Shown here in pieces: positions 1-12,556 of a DNA stretch of 42,106 nt. Position 1 is the stretch's first letter, and each line of letters starts with the position of its first letter. The notes under the pieces are model-generated. The model saw only the letters and a list, made by a program, of their open reading frames with translations, searched no databases and was not told the origin of the DNA. Position numbers and translations under genes: made by a program. This stretch comes from an uncultured Archaeoglobaceae archaeon (GTDB lineage Archaea > Halobacteriota > Archaeoglobi > Archaeoglobales > Archaeoglobaceae): contig CALIUJ010000109.1 in NCBI GenBank assembly GCA_938048785.1, positions 1 through 42,106 on the forward strand, written 5' to 3'.

Positions 1-29
1 GTTTTAAGTAAAGGTCTAAGAAAGTTGAT

Positions 30-299
30 ATGCTCACGAGCTACGCATCCAAGGTTCTCGACTCGTTTGAGTCGTTGATGAAAATGCTTGAGAACGAAAA
101 CGGCAACCTCGTGATCTACGATGATCCTTTAAAGCTCGTCATAAAAAGGGAAAGGGTCGAGTTCTACGTTGATGGAGAGTTTCACGGTTTCGTGGACAGA
201 AATTCAGCAGAGCTTAGCGATCTCGTAATCGTGGAGGCGGAGATGTGGCTTAAAGCTTTGGCAAATTTGCACTTCAAGAGATTCAGTTTGAGGAAGTGA
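30..299 (+). CDS. Hypothetical protein (89 aa)
   Basis: ORF preceded by a TATA-like TTTTAAG at the window start; abuts the next gene; no recognised motif. Confidence 0.7.
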   Translation: MLTSYASKVLDSFESLMKMLENENGNLVIYDDPLKLVIKRERVEFYVDGEFHGFVDRNSAELSDLVIVEAEMWLKALANLHFKRFSLRK

Positions 300-300
300 T

Positions 301-1200
301 ATGGATCTCCCACCTTTTCGTCCACCGAGCGAGGCTTTTAGCTATCTTATTCGCGTCGTTCGTGGTTGTAACTGGAACAGATGTGCATTCTGTTCAATGT
401 ATAAAAACCTGAAATTTGAGCAAAGACCGAAGGAAGAGATATTTAGAGATATCGATGAGATCCCAAAGTTCTTTCCAAGATCGAAGTCCGCCTTTCTTGG
501 TGATTCAAATCCGCTAATTCACAAAGACATCGTTGAAATCGTTCGCTATCTGAAAAACAATAGACCCGAGGTTGAGAGGATAACTGCATATGCGAGAATC
601 AAAACCATTGCAAACATGCGGGAAGAGAAGCTGAGGGAACTGAAATCCGCGGGACTTACGAGATTGCACATGGGTCTTGAGAGTGGTGATGAAGAAGTCT
701 TGAAAAAAGTCAGTAAGGGGATAACACCAAGGGATGCGATCGAAGCTGGTAAAAAAGCTGGAAAGTTTTTCGAGACGACTTACTACGTTATCACGGGTCT
801 TGGGGGAGTTGAAAGGAGCAAAGAACACGCTGAGAACACTGCAAAGGTGATAAACGAAGCGAAACCGACGTTTGTTAGGATAAGAAATCTCACGATAACT
901 AATCCAGAGATGCAGAGAATTTTGGAGCCTTTGAACGCAGAGCAACAGCTCGAAGAGTTGCGAAATCTCTTGTCGGGGATAAAGGTCGAGACTTACTTCA
1001 CATGCGACCATGTTTCGAATTACATCTTCACAGATCGCGGTTTGGTCTTTAGAGGAGTTCACGGCAGGATTCCGGAGGAAAAGGAAGAGATGCTCAAGAG
1101 CATCGAAGATACTCTCGAAACTATCAAAGCACTGAGAAAGGCTGGAATGAAGGTTTTGACGAGCAACGATATGTTCAGGCTTGGTCTTATAACATTGTAA
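301..1200 (+). CDS. Radical SAM protein, function unknown
   Basis: CxxxCxxC (CNWNRCAFC), N-terminal RPPSEA, MGLESG motif. Confidence 0.9.
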   Translation: MDLPPFRPPSEAFSYLIRVVRGCNWNRCAFCSMYKNLKFEQRPKEEIFRDIDEIPKFFPRSKSAFLGDSNPLIHKDIVEIVRYLKNNRPEVERITAYARIKTIANMREEKLRELKSAGLTRLHMGLESGDEEVLKKVSKGITPRDAIEAGKKAGKFFETTYYVITGLGGVERSKEHAENTAKVINEAKPTFVRIRNLTITNPEMQRILEPLNAEQQLEELRNLLSGIKVETYFTCDHVSNYIFTDRGLVFRGVHGRIPEEKEEMLKSIEDTLETIKALRKAGMKVLTSNDMFRLGLITL

Positions 1201-1296
1201 CTCTTTCTTAAGGATGGATTTGAGTTAACGGGAAATCATGCTAAACCTAAGCAAGAACGCAAGCTTAAAATAGGTGCATGTGTATATGTTACGAAT

Positions 1297-1809
1297 GTGA
1301 AAGCACTGATGAAGGGCGACGAGCTCGTAGCTGAACTCGTCTCGAGGGTTGCGGGGGAAATTGGTGCAATTCTTTATTCTCTCGGTATAAAAGACGAGTT
1401 CACAGACGATCAATTGGCTCTTGAGCTTGGCATCGAGATCAACGAAATACGGAGAGCTTTGTTCGCAATGTACGAAGTCGGTCTCGCGGAATATAGGAGA
1501 AAGAAAGACGATGAAACGGGATGGATGGAGTATTATTGGAAGATAAGATACGATAGAGCAAAACTCGTGCTGAGAAAAGAGCTTGAAAAGACAAAGGAGA
1601 AGCTGGAGAAAAAACTCGAGACCGAGAGTGAGGAGATTTACTACGTTTGTCCAAACGTGTGCGTCAAGGTTAGCTACGATGAAGCGATAGCAATGAACTT
1701 CCTCTGCCCTAAATGTGGTTCAAGAATCGAGTTTCTCGACAGCAGTCGCGCGGTTGAGAAGGTCAAAGAGGAAATTGAGAACATCGAAAAGATATTAGCA
1801 AGTCTTTGA
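1297..1809 (+). CDS. tfe: Transcription factor E (TFE, TFIIE-alpha); start may be ATG 1309
   Basis: Winged helix (TDDQLA...INEIRRAL, DDETGWMEYYW) plus Zn ribbon CPNVC...CPKCG. Confidence 0.93.
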   Translation: MKALMKGDELVAELVSRVAGEIGAILYSLGIKDEFTDDQLALELGIEINEIRRALFAMYEVGLAEYRRKKDDETGWMEYYWKIRYDRAKLVLRKELEKTKEKLEKKLETESEEIYYVCPNVCVKVSYDEAIAMNFLCPKCGSRIEFLDSSRAVEKVKEEIENIEKILASL

Positions 1810-2589
1810 ACATTGCCTTAGAATTTCTTCTCGAATCTTTCTACCAGCTACTATACTCTTTTCGAGAACTTCTTCAAACAGGGATTCGTTTAGCAAGTAG
1901 TCTCCGCTCTTCTGGATTGCAACAACTTCGTCGTTTCTGCCAACGCTTATCGTTATCGTCTTATCGCCTACGCTCATCTCATCTCGTGATGGATCGATGA
2001 GAAACTTTTCGCCGATGATCAGCGATGTAACGCTAACAGGAATATCGTTTATGGGCAACTTGAAGTCTTCTCCGACCCCAAACCTACTCGCAGGAACTTT
2101 TGCATCGAGTAGAGCACATATCGAAGCTATTGCAGATGCGTCAAGCAAATTACCATCGTCGTCGAGCGCGTGGATGTCGACGAAGATTATCCAAACCTTC
2201 TTCCCCTCTTCGATGCACAACTTCGAAAGATCGACCGCTTCGCTTTCCCTTATTCCGCGATCAACAACTCTCGCAAGTTCAACGGAGTTCTCATCTGGCG
2301 GACCTGGCTCAAAGGTTGGTGAAGCCAACGGAACGAGTTCTGCGTTCACTATTATAACCCCCTTGTCTGGCGTATCTGGAAAAGGCTCTCCTGGTTGCAT
2401 TTTTACGCCTACCACGACTTGTGTGTTACCAAGCTTGACGAGCGCGGACCCTTCGGCTTTCTCTATCAAACCAGTCTTTATCTCAACTTTCCTAAACTCA
2501 TCGAACTTTCTACCATCTATTCTCTCTCCTTCTCTGAGCTTTGAAAGAACGTAGTCTTTCTTAACCTCTGAGAGAATGTCCTCAGTCAT
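1795..2589 (-). CDS. rrp42: Exosome complex component Rrp42
   Basis: RIDGRKFDEFR, PTFEPGPPDENSVELARVVDRGIRES, DDGNLLDA; follows rrp41. Confidence 0.97.
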   Translation of the reverse strand: MTEDILSEVKKDYVLSKLREGERIDGRKFDEFRKVEIKTGLIEKAEGSALVKLGNTQVVVGVKMQPGEPFPDTPDKGVIIVNAELVPLASPTFEPGPPDENSVELARVVDRGIRESEAVDLSKLCIEEGKKVWIIFVDIHALDDDGNLLDASAIASICALLDAKVPASRFGVGEDFKLPINDIPVSVTSLIIGEKFLIDPSRDEMSVGDKTITISVGRNDEVVAIQKSGDYLLNESLFEEVLEKSIVAGRKIREEILRQCSKTC

Positions 2590-3316
2590 TCTCTTCCTCC
2601 TCCAAGAACCTCTTCATTATCGCCTCCCTTTGGAGTTGGTAAATCTCCATCGCCCCCTTCTTTGCGAGCTTCATCGCCTCTTTTATCTCCTCTTTTGTCA
2701 TTCTACCGTCCATCTGGAGCAAGGCTATCGACTCGATTTTTCCACCGCGAATTAAGAATGCGAAAGGCATGTCCGCTTCACCAAAGTTGTCCTCTTCCTT
2801 CATTGGATCGAGCACCAACGTGCCATCTACTTTTGCAACCGCAACAGACGTGAGAATCCCCTTTATCGGAATTCCCGCATCAACTAAAGCAACGCTCGCA
2901 GCGTTTATACATGCAGTTCTACTCCCCGCATCCGCCTGAAGAACTTCGACGAAGATGTCTATGACACTCCTTGGAAAAAGCTCCTTCATTATCACCGCTT
3001 CAAACGCTTCCTTGCTAACCTTCGATATCTCCACGCTTCTCCTGTCTGGTCCGGGACGTTTTCGCTCTTCAACGCTGAAGGGAGCCATGTTGTAGCGGTA
3101 TCTCACCACCGCCTTCGTTGGATCCTGGATATGCCTCGGATGCGCCTCTCTTGGTCCGTAAACTGCTGCAACGACTCTATTCTTACCCATTTCTAAGTAG
3201 CAAGATCCATCTGCTCTTTTCAAGAAGTCTACCTCGATCCTGATAGGTCTAAGCTCGTCCGGTTTTCTACCATCAAGCCTTTTACCATCTACTATTAGTC
3301 TTTCAGGCTTGTGCAT
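2582..3316 (-). CDS. rrp41: Exosome complex exonuclease Rrp41
   Basis: RNase PH motifs [40 protein letters not shown]. Confidence 0.97.
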   Translation of the reverse strand: MHKPERLIVDGKRLDGRKPDELRPIRIEVDFLKRADGSCYLEMGKNRVVAAVYGPREAHPRHIQDPTKAVVRYRYNMAPFSVEERKRPGPDRRSVEISKVSKEAFEAVIMKELFPRSVIDIFVEVLQADAGSRTACINAASVALVDAGIPIKGILTSVAVAKVDGTLVLDPMKEEDNFGEADMPFAFLIRGGKIESIALLQMDGRMTKEEIKEAMKLAKKGAMEIYQLQREAIMKRFLEEEEND

Positions 3317-3968
3317 TTTTCCTCCCCTTTATGAATTCTGCAACCCTATCCGTTAAACCTTCCGTATGCGCTTCTTCTTCGATGAGATAAATAACTTCTT
3401 CCGCGATCGAAATCTTTTTCCTATCTCCATTTAGCCATATCAATCCATTTTGACCCACGATCATCTGGACATCCAACTCGCTCTTTATGAGCTTGATCAT
3501 GCTTCCCTTTTTGCCTATGACCCTTGGAACCCTCGCAGGGTTTATTGCAACGATTCTTCCAAATCTTATCGCTCTGCATATCTTGTCCTTCATGGTAACC
3601 GTTACCTTCATCCTCGGATCTATGTTCACAACCTTCGCTATCACCGCATCGCCCATATCAAGGACATCGCTGATCTTCTTCCCCGGCTTTGTTTCTGGGT
3701 TTTCCATCGCGGGCAGAAAAGCTTGGTATGGGGAATTTATGTCGAGAGTCCAGCCATTTGCAGACACTTCTCTAACTATTCCTATCACCGTATCCCCCAC
3801 CGAGGGCACGTATTTGCCCTTCAGTGGTATAACTCTTATAGAGTTCTCCGTTTCCTCAAAAAGCCCGAGTATTTTTGCGTAAACTTTATCTCCTTCAACG
3901 TAAGTGCCGTAGCCGGCAATTTTTGGATTGTTCGAAAGAAAATCTCCCGGAAGAACTATGCGTCTCAT
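3303..3968 (-). CDS. rrp4: Exosome RNA-binding protein Rrp4
   Basis: S1 and KH domains ([29 protein letters not shown]); synteny. Confidence 0.96.
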   Translation of the reverse strand: MRRIVLPGDFLSNNPKIAGYGTYVEGDKVYAKILGLFEETENSIRVIPLKGKYVPSVGDTVIGIVREVSANGWTLDINSPYQAFLPAMENPETKPGKKISDVLDMGDAVIAKVVNIDPRMKVTVTMKDKICRAIRFGRIVAINPARVPRVIGKKGSMIKLIKSELDVQMIVGQNGLIWLNGDRKKISIAEEVIYLIEEEAHTEGLTDRVAEFIKGRKNAQA

Positions 3969-3969
3969 C

Positions 3970-4671
3970 CTATATTCTCTTCAAGACCTTTGTTAATGCC
4001 TCGCCTTTCGTCGTTCTTCCGAGCAAGTCCATTAGATCCCCGTACATACCTGTTGGTATCCTCATTACGCATATCCAACTTCCGTCTTTTTGCCACTCCT
4101 CCTTAATCACTCCTCCGAAGTTGTAAAGCGCAGAAATAGCTTTACCAGCGTATTCAGCTGGGACCTTTATCGCTATCTCCATCTCTTCGAACTTGAGTGG
4201 TAGAATTGGTTTCAAAGCTTTGACCACATCTTTTATCTGTGCTTCAACGGACTTGAAGATATCTATGTGTACCCTCGCCTCCTCTAAAGCCCTTTCAATC
4301 CTTGTAGGCGGATGTGGAGCACTTGTTCTCGGATCTATCGCGTTCTTACTTATGAAGGCGATTATCTGTCTTTTTTTTGCCTCGAGCATTTCTCTTCTTT
4401 GTTCTGCGGTTATCTGAACCTCCCCTTCAAGGATTATCTTCTTCGCTATCTCGCGTATATCCGTTGTTCCGAAGTTTTTCTGCAGTTCTTCAGCCGGAAT
4501 CCTTTCCCCTTTTTTCGCGTTCTTGAAAACTTCTTCAACAGCCAATAGGTCGTCGAAGTTGACCTCTTTTCCCTCCTTCAGATCTCTCGCGAGGTAAGGG
4601 TCTACGAGGATCTCGAAGTCTGATCCGCCCTTTCGAAGTTTCGCAATGACAGCCTTCTCAAGGGATACCAT
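3970..4671 (-). CDS. Ribosome maturation factor SBDS/Sdo1
   Basis: [31 protein letters not shown]; position in exosome cluster. Confidence 0.96.
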   Translation of the reverse strand: MVSLEKAVIAKLRKGGSDFEILVDPYLARDLKEGKEVNFDDLLAVEEVFKNAKKGERIPAEELQKNFGTTDIREIAKKIILEGEVQITAEQRREMLEAKKRQIIAFISKNAIDPRTSAPHPPTRIERALEEARVHIDIFKSVEAQIKDVVKALKPILPLKFEEMEIAIKVPAEYAGKAISALYNFGGVIKEEWQKDGSWICVMRIPTGMYGDLMDLLGRTTKGEALTKVLKRI

Positions 4672-4672
4672 A

Positions 4673-5413
4673 TCATTTCTTCAACTCAGCCCTTATCCTC
4701 TCGTTCGCCTTATCTACGAACTTCTTAACTTCTTCAACGCTCATTTCCCTGTATACTCTCTCTTTTGTCTTAACGTAGCCTACTTCAACGTTTTCAGCTT
4801 GAACCTCGCCCTCGATGCTCTTGCCCATTGCAACCAATGCCAAGATCAAAGCCTCCTCAAAGGTCATGTTATCGCGATACTCTTTCTCGAAGAACTCCAT
4901 CACGACGTTTCTGCCCATTCCTATTGCGGTTGCCTTGTATTCAAGCAGTGCTCCGCTTGGATCTGTCTCATATAGCTTTGGAACTGCATCAACGCCCGCG
5001 ATGAGAAGTGAAACACCAAACGGGCGAACTCCTCCAAATTGGGTGAACTGCTGTTTGAAATCGCAAATCCTCTTTGCGAGCTCTTTGACCGTTATTGGTT
5101 CCTCGTAGGTCAGTCTATTTATCTGCGCTTCGATCCTTGCACGTTCGATCAAAATTCTCGCATCTGCTACTAATCCAGAGGTTGCAGCGCATATGTGTTC
5201 GTCGATTTTGTAGATCTTTTCTATGGTGTCTGATTCAAGCAGTCTGGAGCCCACTCTTCTATCCGCAACCAAGATGACTCCCTCATTTACCTTTATACCT
5301 ATGGCGGTTGCACCCCTTTTGACAGCTTCTCTTGCATACTCAACTTGGAACAATCTTCCATCAGGGCTGAAAACTGTAATCGCCCTGTCGTAACCCATCT
5401 GCGGGAGATTCAC
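4673..5413 (-). CDS. psmA: Proteasome subunit alpha
   Basis: [25 protein letters not shown] signature, RPFGVSLL. Confidence 0.98.
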   Translation of the reverse strand: MNLPQMGYDRAITVFSPDGRLFQVEYAREAVKRGATAIGIKVNEGVILVADRRVGSRLLESDTIEKIYKIDEHICAATSGLVADARILIERARIEAQINRLTYEEPITVKELAKRICDFKQQFTQFGGVRPFGVSLLIAGVDAVPKLYETDPSGALLEYKATAIGMGRNVVMEFFEKEYRDNMTFEEALILALVAMGKSIEGEVQAENVEVGYVKTKERVYREMSVEEVKKFVDKANERIRAELKK

Positions 5414-5742
5414 GATACCACCTCCAATTTCTTTCTACACTTTTTGATGGTTCCACTAACTCCGAGTGTGATCAAAGCCACATCTTCTTCTCCGACCTTA
5501 TCCATGAGCGTCATCGCGATCATAACCTTTTCTAAGGCTTCGAGTTTAGACGAAACAATCCCCTTTCTCCCATCGAATTCTTCGAGCTTGAATCCAGCGT
5601 CAAACGCTTCGGTTTCTCCGAACAACGAGATCAAGTTTTTCATCATCGCATCCCATAGCTCTCTCTCGTTTACGCTACTTTCAGATATAATCTTGAACGC
5701 AATATATCTTTTTCTACTTCTCATCGATGGTGGTAATTTCAT
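5410..5742 (-). CDS. rnp2: RNase P protein component 2 (Pop5/Rpp14); start placed at ATG 5742
   Basis: LPPSMRSRKRYIAF and TLGVSGTIKK motifs; upstream of psmA. Confidence 0.9.
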   Translation of the reverse strand: MKLPPSMRSRKRYIAFKIISESSVNERELWDAMMKNLISLFGETEAFDAGFKLEEFDGRKGIVSSKLEALEKVMIAMTLMDKVGEEDVALITLGVSGTIKKCRKKLEVVS

Positions 5743-5761
5743 GTTTAGCGACGAGTTTACT

Positions 5762-7386
<1,625 letters not shown>

Positions 7387-8631
7387 TCACTCTTGAACGT
7401 TGTTTGACCTAAAATCCTTTTTTAGAAATTCTCGAAGAAAAACAGTTCCATAACAACCCGCAGGGAGATAGAATTCAAAGAGACAGTCTTTAAATCTAAG
7501 ATCTGTTATTTTCAATGGAATTTCTGCACTCCGGTAGGAACCGCTTGAGGAGAACTCCTTCTCATCTGTTTTGAAGCTCGAAATATCCAAGTTATCTTCT
7601 GCAAGAAACTCCTTTGCAACTTTGCACCAGCCATCAAGCTGGGTTTCGTAGCCTATCAGCGGAAGAGCGAGCGTCGCGTAGCCTTCTTTCATCAAAAAAT
7701 CAACCCTCCTCTTGTTGATTCCAACCTTGCTGAAATCGGTAAAGCTGGGTTTTTTTGTCTTGTAGGTCACATAACAAGCCCAATCGTCTTCAAAAATGGT
7801 CTTAAGGGTTCCAAACTCTTCAATCCTCTTTGAAAGGAGTTTGTTGAAAAGATACGATTGATAAGCGTGAACGAACATCATCTTCAGCGTCTTTGGTAGC
7901 GATAGGAGTGCATCTTTCTCATCGTAGCCTTCTTTCAGTTTCTGGAGAAGTGTTCTTTCGTAAACGAGATGTTTTGGAAACTCTTTCAAGCCAAAGCTCG
8001 GATCTCTGCAATCCCAAAGTTCTCGTCTGATCCTTGTTATCTCCTCATTCTCGACCTCGCTTGGCTTAGCAACGTAGACCCAGAAAGCCTCCTTGAAGTC
8101 TTGCTGTAGGATGAGTTTTCCAACTTCGTGAGTGATAAATCGAGTTCCAAACCTTTGCTCACCAAAGAAATTCGGAATACCTTTTTCCTCGAGCTCAACT
8201 CTAATTTTGGCAAATCTCTCTCCATTTTTGCATCCGCGAACCGTTATCTTGAAAAAGTTTCCCAAGAGATCTCCAAGTCTTATTTCACGTCTTGAATACC
8301 CAAGGAAATCGATCTCCACGTCCTTAAGGCTCACTTTCTTTAGATCTTCCCCTTTTGCACCTTTTATCGAGAAATACTGCACGGTCACAGCTCTCTTGTC
8401 TTTCGTTCCCGCAAATGAAATCTTTTTTTGGCTCATCCTGAGCACTTTTGCCATCTGCTTGACGAGCCTTAGGGTGTCCCAGTTCTTTTTCGTCACTTTT
8501 ACGATGCAGTAGTCCCCATCTCCAAGTTCGAGATCGATTACCTCTTCTACATAGAAGTCCTCGGGACTCCTCTTTATTTCCCCGCCCATCCCCGGGGTTT
8601 TTGTCAGGAAACACTTTATTCCGATGTCCAC
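7387..8631 (-). CDS. truD: tRNA pseudouridine(13) synthase TruD
   Basis: PEDFYVEE, AGTKDKRAVTVQ, PNFFGEQRFG, HAYQSYLFN. Confidence 0.96.
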   Translation of the reverse strand: MDIGIKCFLTKTPGMGGEIKRSPEDFYVEEVIDLELGDGDYCIVKVTKKNWDTLRLVKQMAKVLRMSQKKISFAGTKDKRAVTVQYFSIKGAKGEDLKKVSLKDVEIDFLGYSRREIRLGDLLGNFFKITVRGCKNGERFAKIRVELEEKGIPNFFGEQRFGTRFITHEVGKLILQQDFKEAFWVYVAKPSEVENEEITRIRRELWDCRDPSFGLKEFPKHLVYERTLLQKLKEGYDEKDALLSLPKTLKMMFVHAYQSYLFNKLLSKRIEEFGTLKTIFEDDWACYVTYKTKKPSFTDFSKVGINKRRVDFLMKEGYATLALPLIGYETQLDGWCKVAKEFLAEDNLDISSFKTDEKEFSSSGSYRSAEIPLKITDLRFKDCLFEFYLPAGCYGTVFLREFLKKDFRSNNVQE

Positions 8632-8678
8632 TTTTGCTAATAGGAAAACTTTTTAATATCTTTTTCCCCCACCTTTGT

Positions 8679-9824
8679 GTGGAAAAGACGATCCACGACC
8701 CAATCCACGGCGCTATAAGGGTTGAAGATGAAATTCTTCGCATAATCGACACTCCACAGTTTCAGAGATTGCGCTGGGTTAAACAACTCGGCTTTGCTAA
8801 CCTCGTTTATCCTGGTGCAAATCACACGAGGTTTGAGCACAGCATTGGGACGATGCATTTGGCTAAGATCTTAGCTGAAAAGCTTAAACTTGGCGAAGAA
8901 GTTGTGATCTCCGCTCTTTTGCACGATATCGCTCATTTTCCATTTTCGCACAGTGGTGAAGGCTTGTTGAGGAATCACGCGATGAAACACGAAGACGTTG
9001 AGTTGGCAATAAAGGGAGAGTTGAGGGAAGTTATAAACGAGCTCGGTTTCAGCGTAAGGGAGATAAGGAGAATTGTGAGCGGTGAAGTCAGCTCTATCGT
9101 TTGTGGAGACGTCGACGTTGACAGGATGGACTATCTTGTCAGGGATGCGTATTACACCGGTGTTGCTTATGGAATCGTGGACTTGCCAAGGTTGATGGAG
9201 AAGATAAAGTTCTTGGACGGCGTAGTCGTTGAAGAGGGCGGAATAAGAGCGGTTGAATCTCTGCTGATCTCGCGCTTTTTGATGTATCCCTCCGTTTACT
9301 ATCACCACGTATCCAGAATTGCGACAAAGATGTTCGAAAGAGCTATGGAGAGAGTTATTGAAAAAGGCGTAACTCTCGAGACTCTCTTGGAGATGAACGA
9401 TTGCGAAGCGATGTGGTTGCTGAAGGAACACGAACCAGATTTTTATTCGATGATAAGAAATAGAAAGCTCTTCAAAAGAGCCGTTTACGTGGGCAGAGAA
9501 AGCGTGGATTTGAAGGAAATTTTGAAGATAAACGAAAGAAGAGCGGAAAAAAAGATTGCAGAAATGGCTGGTGTCGATGAGAGGTTCGTAATCGTCGACA
9601 TTCCGAAGATCGAGGAATTCAGAGAATTTTCAATCCGTATTGATGTGAGTGGGAAGCTAAAAAGGATTGAAGAAGTTTCTTCGATTGTTAAAGCGCTGAG
9701 AAACTCTTGGCTCGAAACCTGGAGGCTTGGAGTTTATACAAAAAAGGAGTTCTTAGATGAAGTGAAAAAATGCGCTGTGGAATACTTTGGAATAGATAAG
9801 AGAGTTCAGACTCAGCTTTTCTAA
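8679..9824 (+). CDS. HD-domain phosphohydrolase, dNTP triphosphohydrolase (SAMHD1-like) family; start placed at GTG 8679
   Basis: DPIHG, FQRLRWVKQLG, HTRFEHSIG, LLHDIAH, DVDRMDYLVRD. Confidence 0.9.
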   Translation: MEKTIHDPIHGAIRVEDEILRIIDTPQFQRLRWVKQLGFANLVYPGANHTRFEHSIGTMHLAKILAEKLKLGEEVVISALLHDIAHFPFSHSGEGLLRNHAMKHEDVELAIKGELREVINELGFSVREIRRIVSGEVSSIVCGDVDVDRMDYLVRDAYYTGVAYGIVDLPRLMEKIKFLDGVVVEEGGIRAVESLLISRFLMYPSVYYHHVSRIATKMFERAMERVIEKGVTLETLLEMNDCEAMWLLKEHEPDFYSMIRNRKLFKRAVYVGRESVDLKEILKINERRAEKKIAEMAGVDERFVIVDIPKIEEFREFSIRIDVSGKLKRIEEVSSIVKALRNSWLETWRLGVYTKKEFLDEVKKCAVEYFGIDKRVQTQLF

Positions 9825-10495
9825 TCCTCCAATCTTCTTCTCACCGCTGGATCTCTTATCGCTATCTCTCTCAGCGCAGATTCAAAGCTATCCCCACCAT
9901 GTATTCTCTCGCACAAATAGATCCCGGTTCTTCCGATCTCTTTCCTCCTCTCCAGAACCCTTATTCTTTCAAGAACTATGTCTATTGAAACTCCAAGAGT
10001 TTTCGCAACAACGCTTGGATGTATTTCGTGTATAGAAATCTCCTTGTGCCCATTCTCGGTTGGTAATATGAGCATCAATCTTTTGTCAACCCCGGGAACT
10101 CTTTTTTTCGCGAGAACTTCTTCATAACCAATACAACCGCCGAATCGATAGAAATCTATCTCTCTGTCTCTCATTTTTACAAGAGGGAAGCTGACAGTGG
10201 TCTCTTCATCGATTACGATTTCTCCTTTGATTACGTAGCTCGGAGTAGCTTGGACTATTCTTCTTTCAACGATCTCAATCCCATCAAGGGCGAGCTCGAT
10301 GCGGAAAGATGGTAAAAGTTGAGGGATGAATATGTCCACATCGCTCTTTTCCTTCACATCTCCGCGGGCAATGCTACCGTAGATTATGCTTTGAATTCCT
10401 TGTTCAGCGAGCTTTTTCATAAGAACCTTAGCCTTCTCCCTCTTAGCGCTGAAAAGTTCCCACTTTTCCCTATCGTAAATTATCTCGACGCTCAT
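9821..10495 (-). CDS. Pol-beta superfamily nucleotidyltransferase domain protein
   Basis: YGSIARGDVKEKSDVDIF (GS...DxD); ATGA overlap with the cutA stop. Confidence 0.87.
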   Translation of the reverse strand: MSVEIIYDREKWELFSAKREKAKVLMKKLAEQGIQSIIYGSIARGDVKEKSDVDIFIPQLLPSFRIELALDGIEIVERRIVQATPSYVIKGEIVIDEETTVSFPLVKMRDREIDFYRFGGCIGYEEVLAKKRVPGVDKRLMLILPTENGHKEISIHEIHPSVVAKTLGVSIDIVLERIRVLERRKEIGRTGIYLCERIHGGDSFESALREIAIRDPAVRRRLED

Positions 10496-10800
10496 TCCAC
10501 AGTTTTGTCGATCCAATCTAAGAACTCTCTAAGACCCCTTTCAACTGAGAATGCGCATATACATGGCACAGTGTAGCTGTGGATACTCTTTACGAAATCT
10601 CTGAGCTCAGAAAACTTTTCCGACCTCGTTTTTACGATCATTCCATACTCCTCTGCACTCTGTATCTCGTTTTGCCACCAAAAGAACGACTTTATCGGGA
10701 AAATGTTTACGCAGGCTGCTAACTTCTTTTCGAGCAAAGCCCTTGCGATCTTTTCAGCCTCCTCCTTGGAACTTGCGGTTATGTATACAAAGGTATACAT
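10492..10800 (-). CDS. cutA: Divalent-cation tolerance protein CutA
   Basis: LAACVNI, HSYTVPCI motifs; start ATG 10800 or GTG 10806. Confidence 0.94.
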   Translation of the reverse strand: MYTFVYITASSKEEAEKIARALLEKKLAACVNIFPIKSFFWWQNEIQSAEEYGMIVKTRSEKFSELRDFVKSIHSYTVPCICAFSVERGLREFLDWIDKTVE

Positions 10801-10802
10801 CC

Positions 10803-11267
10803 TCACACCTTTTTCTTAACCGTCACAATGTCTCCGAGCGTCGTTGTTGGCTGTGGAGCTTTTGAACCCTTTATTTCTGGAACGGACTCTCTCAGTCTTA
10901 CTCCAAACAACTTTTCAAGTTTTTCAATTGTTTCTGGTTCAGGAGTAATTTCCGCGTTCTCTATCTTTTTTATAATCGACTCCTTTTCCTGAATCTTCTT
11001 CGCCAACTGCTCTTGACTCCAGCCTCGTTTCTCTCTCTCAATTCTGATTATCTGGTTAAAGTTTTCAACGAGCTCTTCTTTAAACTCTATCTTTGTTTGC
11101 GGTTTTTTCTTCTTGATCACAACCCTTATAGCAGAACTTTGCTTTGCAGTTGAAACGCTCTCGCTACCGTATTTTTTGCATGATGCACAAACGCTCAACT
11201 CACTTCCCTCGACAACAATTCTGTAGCCGGGAGCTTTGATTTCTTTTCCACATATCTCGCAGTTCAT
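10803..11267 (-). CDS. mbf1: Archaeal multiprotein bridging factor aMBF1 (Zn ribbon + HTH)
   Basis: CEICG...VCASC, REKRGWSQEQLA HTH, TLGD tail; adjacent to pan. Confidence 0.93.
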   Translation of the reverse strand: MNCEICGKEIKAPGYRIVVEGSELSVCASCKKYGSESVSTAKQSSAIRVVIKKKKPQTKIEFKEELVENFNQIIRIEREKRGWSQEQLAKKIQEKESIIKKIENAEITPEPETIEKLEKLFGVRLRESVPEIKGSKAPQPTTTLGDIVTVKKKV

Positions 11268-11284
11268 GGTCTCACCATACCAGC

Positions 11285-11320
11285 AATAAGTTCATATAGT
11301 TGAAGTGATATATAATTATT
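11285..11320. promoter_or_regulatory. Divergent promoters for pan (TTCATATA 11291-11298) and mbf1 (TTATATA on the minus strand, about 11310-11316)
   Basis: TATA-like boxes on both strands in the 80-nt intergenic gap. Confidence 0.55.
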
Positions 11321-11334
11321 TGGAGGCTTCCGGG
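11321..11334 (+). repeat. Left arm of a 14-bp perfect inverted repeat flanking pan (TGGAGGCTTCCGGG)
   Basis: Exact reverse complement of 12543-12556. Confidence 0.92.
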
Positions 11335-11347
11335 AGAGGTAGATTCG

Positions 11348-12541
11348 ATGTCGGAAGATCTAAAGTTGCTGATGGAAAAGCTAAGGAAACTTGAGGAGGA
11401 GTATCAAAGGCTTAGGGAACTCTATAGAAGGCTTGAAGATGAAAAAAGATTCATCGAGAGTGAAAGGATAAGGTATGAAAGGGAAGTTAGAAGGCTGAAG
11501 AGCGAGATAGAAAGATTAAGATCACCCCCGTTACTCGTTGGCACGATTTCAGATGTGCTTGAGGATGGAAGAGTCGTTGTTAGAAGCTCTACTGGACCGA
11601 AGTTTGTTGTTTACACATCCCAATATATAAACCCAGATGAACTCAGACCCGGGACGAGGGTTGCGCTCAACCAGCAAACCCTCGCGGTTGTGAACATACT
11701 GCCATCTACAAAGGACCCAATGGTCTACGGTTTTGAAGTTGAAGAGAGACCAAACGTCACTTACGAAGAAATAGGGGGTCTTAGTCAGCAAATAGAAGAG
11801 ATAAGGGAGGCAATAGAATTGCCAATGCTTAAACCGAACCTCTTTAAAGAAATCGGAATCGAGCCCCCGAAAGGGGTTCTACTCTATGGTCCTCCGGGCA
11901 CTGGAAAGACTTTGCTTGCAAAAGCAGTCGCAAATCAAACAAAAGCAACCTTTATAAGAGTAGTTGGGAGCGAGTTCGTTCAAAAGTTCATCGGTGAAGG
12001 TGCGAGACTTGTGAGGGAAGTTTTCCAGCTTGCAAAGGAAAAAGCTCCATCTATAATATTCATCGACGAACTCGATGCGATCGCAGCGAGGAGAATAAGC
12101 AGTGACACGAGTGGCGACAGAGAGGTGCAGAGAACGATGATGCAACTGCTTGCAGAACTCGATGGTTTCGACGCAAGGGGAGACGTGAAGGTGATTGGAG
12201 CGACGAACCGCATAGACATCCTTGATCCCGCAATCCTGCGTCCCGGAAGGTTCGACAGAATAATAGAGGTCCCGAGACCGAGCTACGAGGGAAGGATACA
12301 GATTTTCAAGATACACTCCAAGAAGATGAAGCTCGCAAAGGATGTCGATTTCAACGAGTTGGCAAGGATTACCGAAGGAGCGACTGGTGCGGACATAAGG
12401 GCGATTTGCACCGAAGCTGGTATGTTTGCGATACGGGAGGATAGAATGGAAGTTAGAATGTTGGATTTCATGAAGGCTGTAGAGAAAGTGTTGAAGAGAT
12501 CTCAACCCATAGCAGATCTCAAAGGAGTTATGTTCGTTTAA
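11348..12541 (+). CDS. pan: Proteasome-activating nucleotidase (AAA+ ATPase)
   Basis: N-terminal coiled coil, SPPLLVG OB domain, [29 protein letters not shown]. Confidence 0.98.
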   Translation: MSEDLKLLMEKLRKLEEEYQRLRELYRRLEDEKRFIESERIRYEREVRRLKSEIERLRSPPLLVGTISDVLEDGRVVVRSSTGPKFVVYTSQYINPDELRPGTRVALNQQTLAVVNILPSTKDPMVYGFEVEERPNVTYEEIGGLSQQIEEIREAIELPMLKPNLFKEIGIEPPKGVLLYGPPGTGKTLLAKAVANQTKATFIRVVGSEFVQKFIGEGARLVREVFQLAKEKAPSIIFIDELDAIAARRISSDTSGDREVQRTMMQLLAELDGFDARGDVKVIGATNRIDILDPAILRPGRFDRIIEVPRPSYEGRIQIFKIHSKKMKLAKDVDFNELARITEGATGADIRAICTEAGMFAIREDRMEVRMLDFMKAVEKVLKRSQPIADLKGVMFV

Positions 12542-12542
12542 C

Positions 12543-12556
12543 CCCGGAAGCCTCCA
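12543..12556 (+). repeat. Right arm of the inverted repeat flanking pan (CCCGGAAGCCTCCA)
   Basis: Starts one nt after the pan stop; complementary to 11321-11334; followed by T5 at 12566-12570. Confidence 0.92.

Noticed and set aside
11330..11345. Bulge-helix-bulge splicing motif in the pan terminal stem
   Set aside because: Manual pairing gives no canonical 3-4-3 BHB, so endonuclease-mediated circularisation is unsupported.
11321..12556. Inverted repeats as IS/transposon ends or an element integrated at tRNA-Arg
   Set aside because: They enclose the housekeeping gene pan in its usual mbf1 context; no transposase, target-site duplication or duplicated tRNA 3' end seen.
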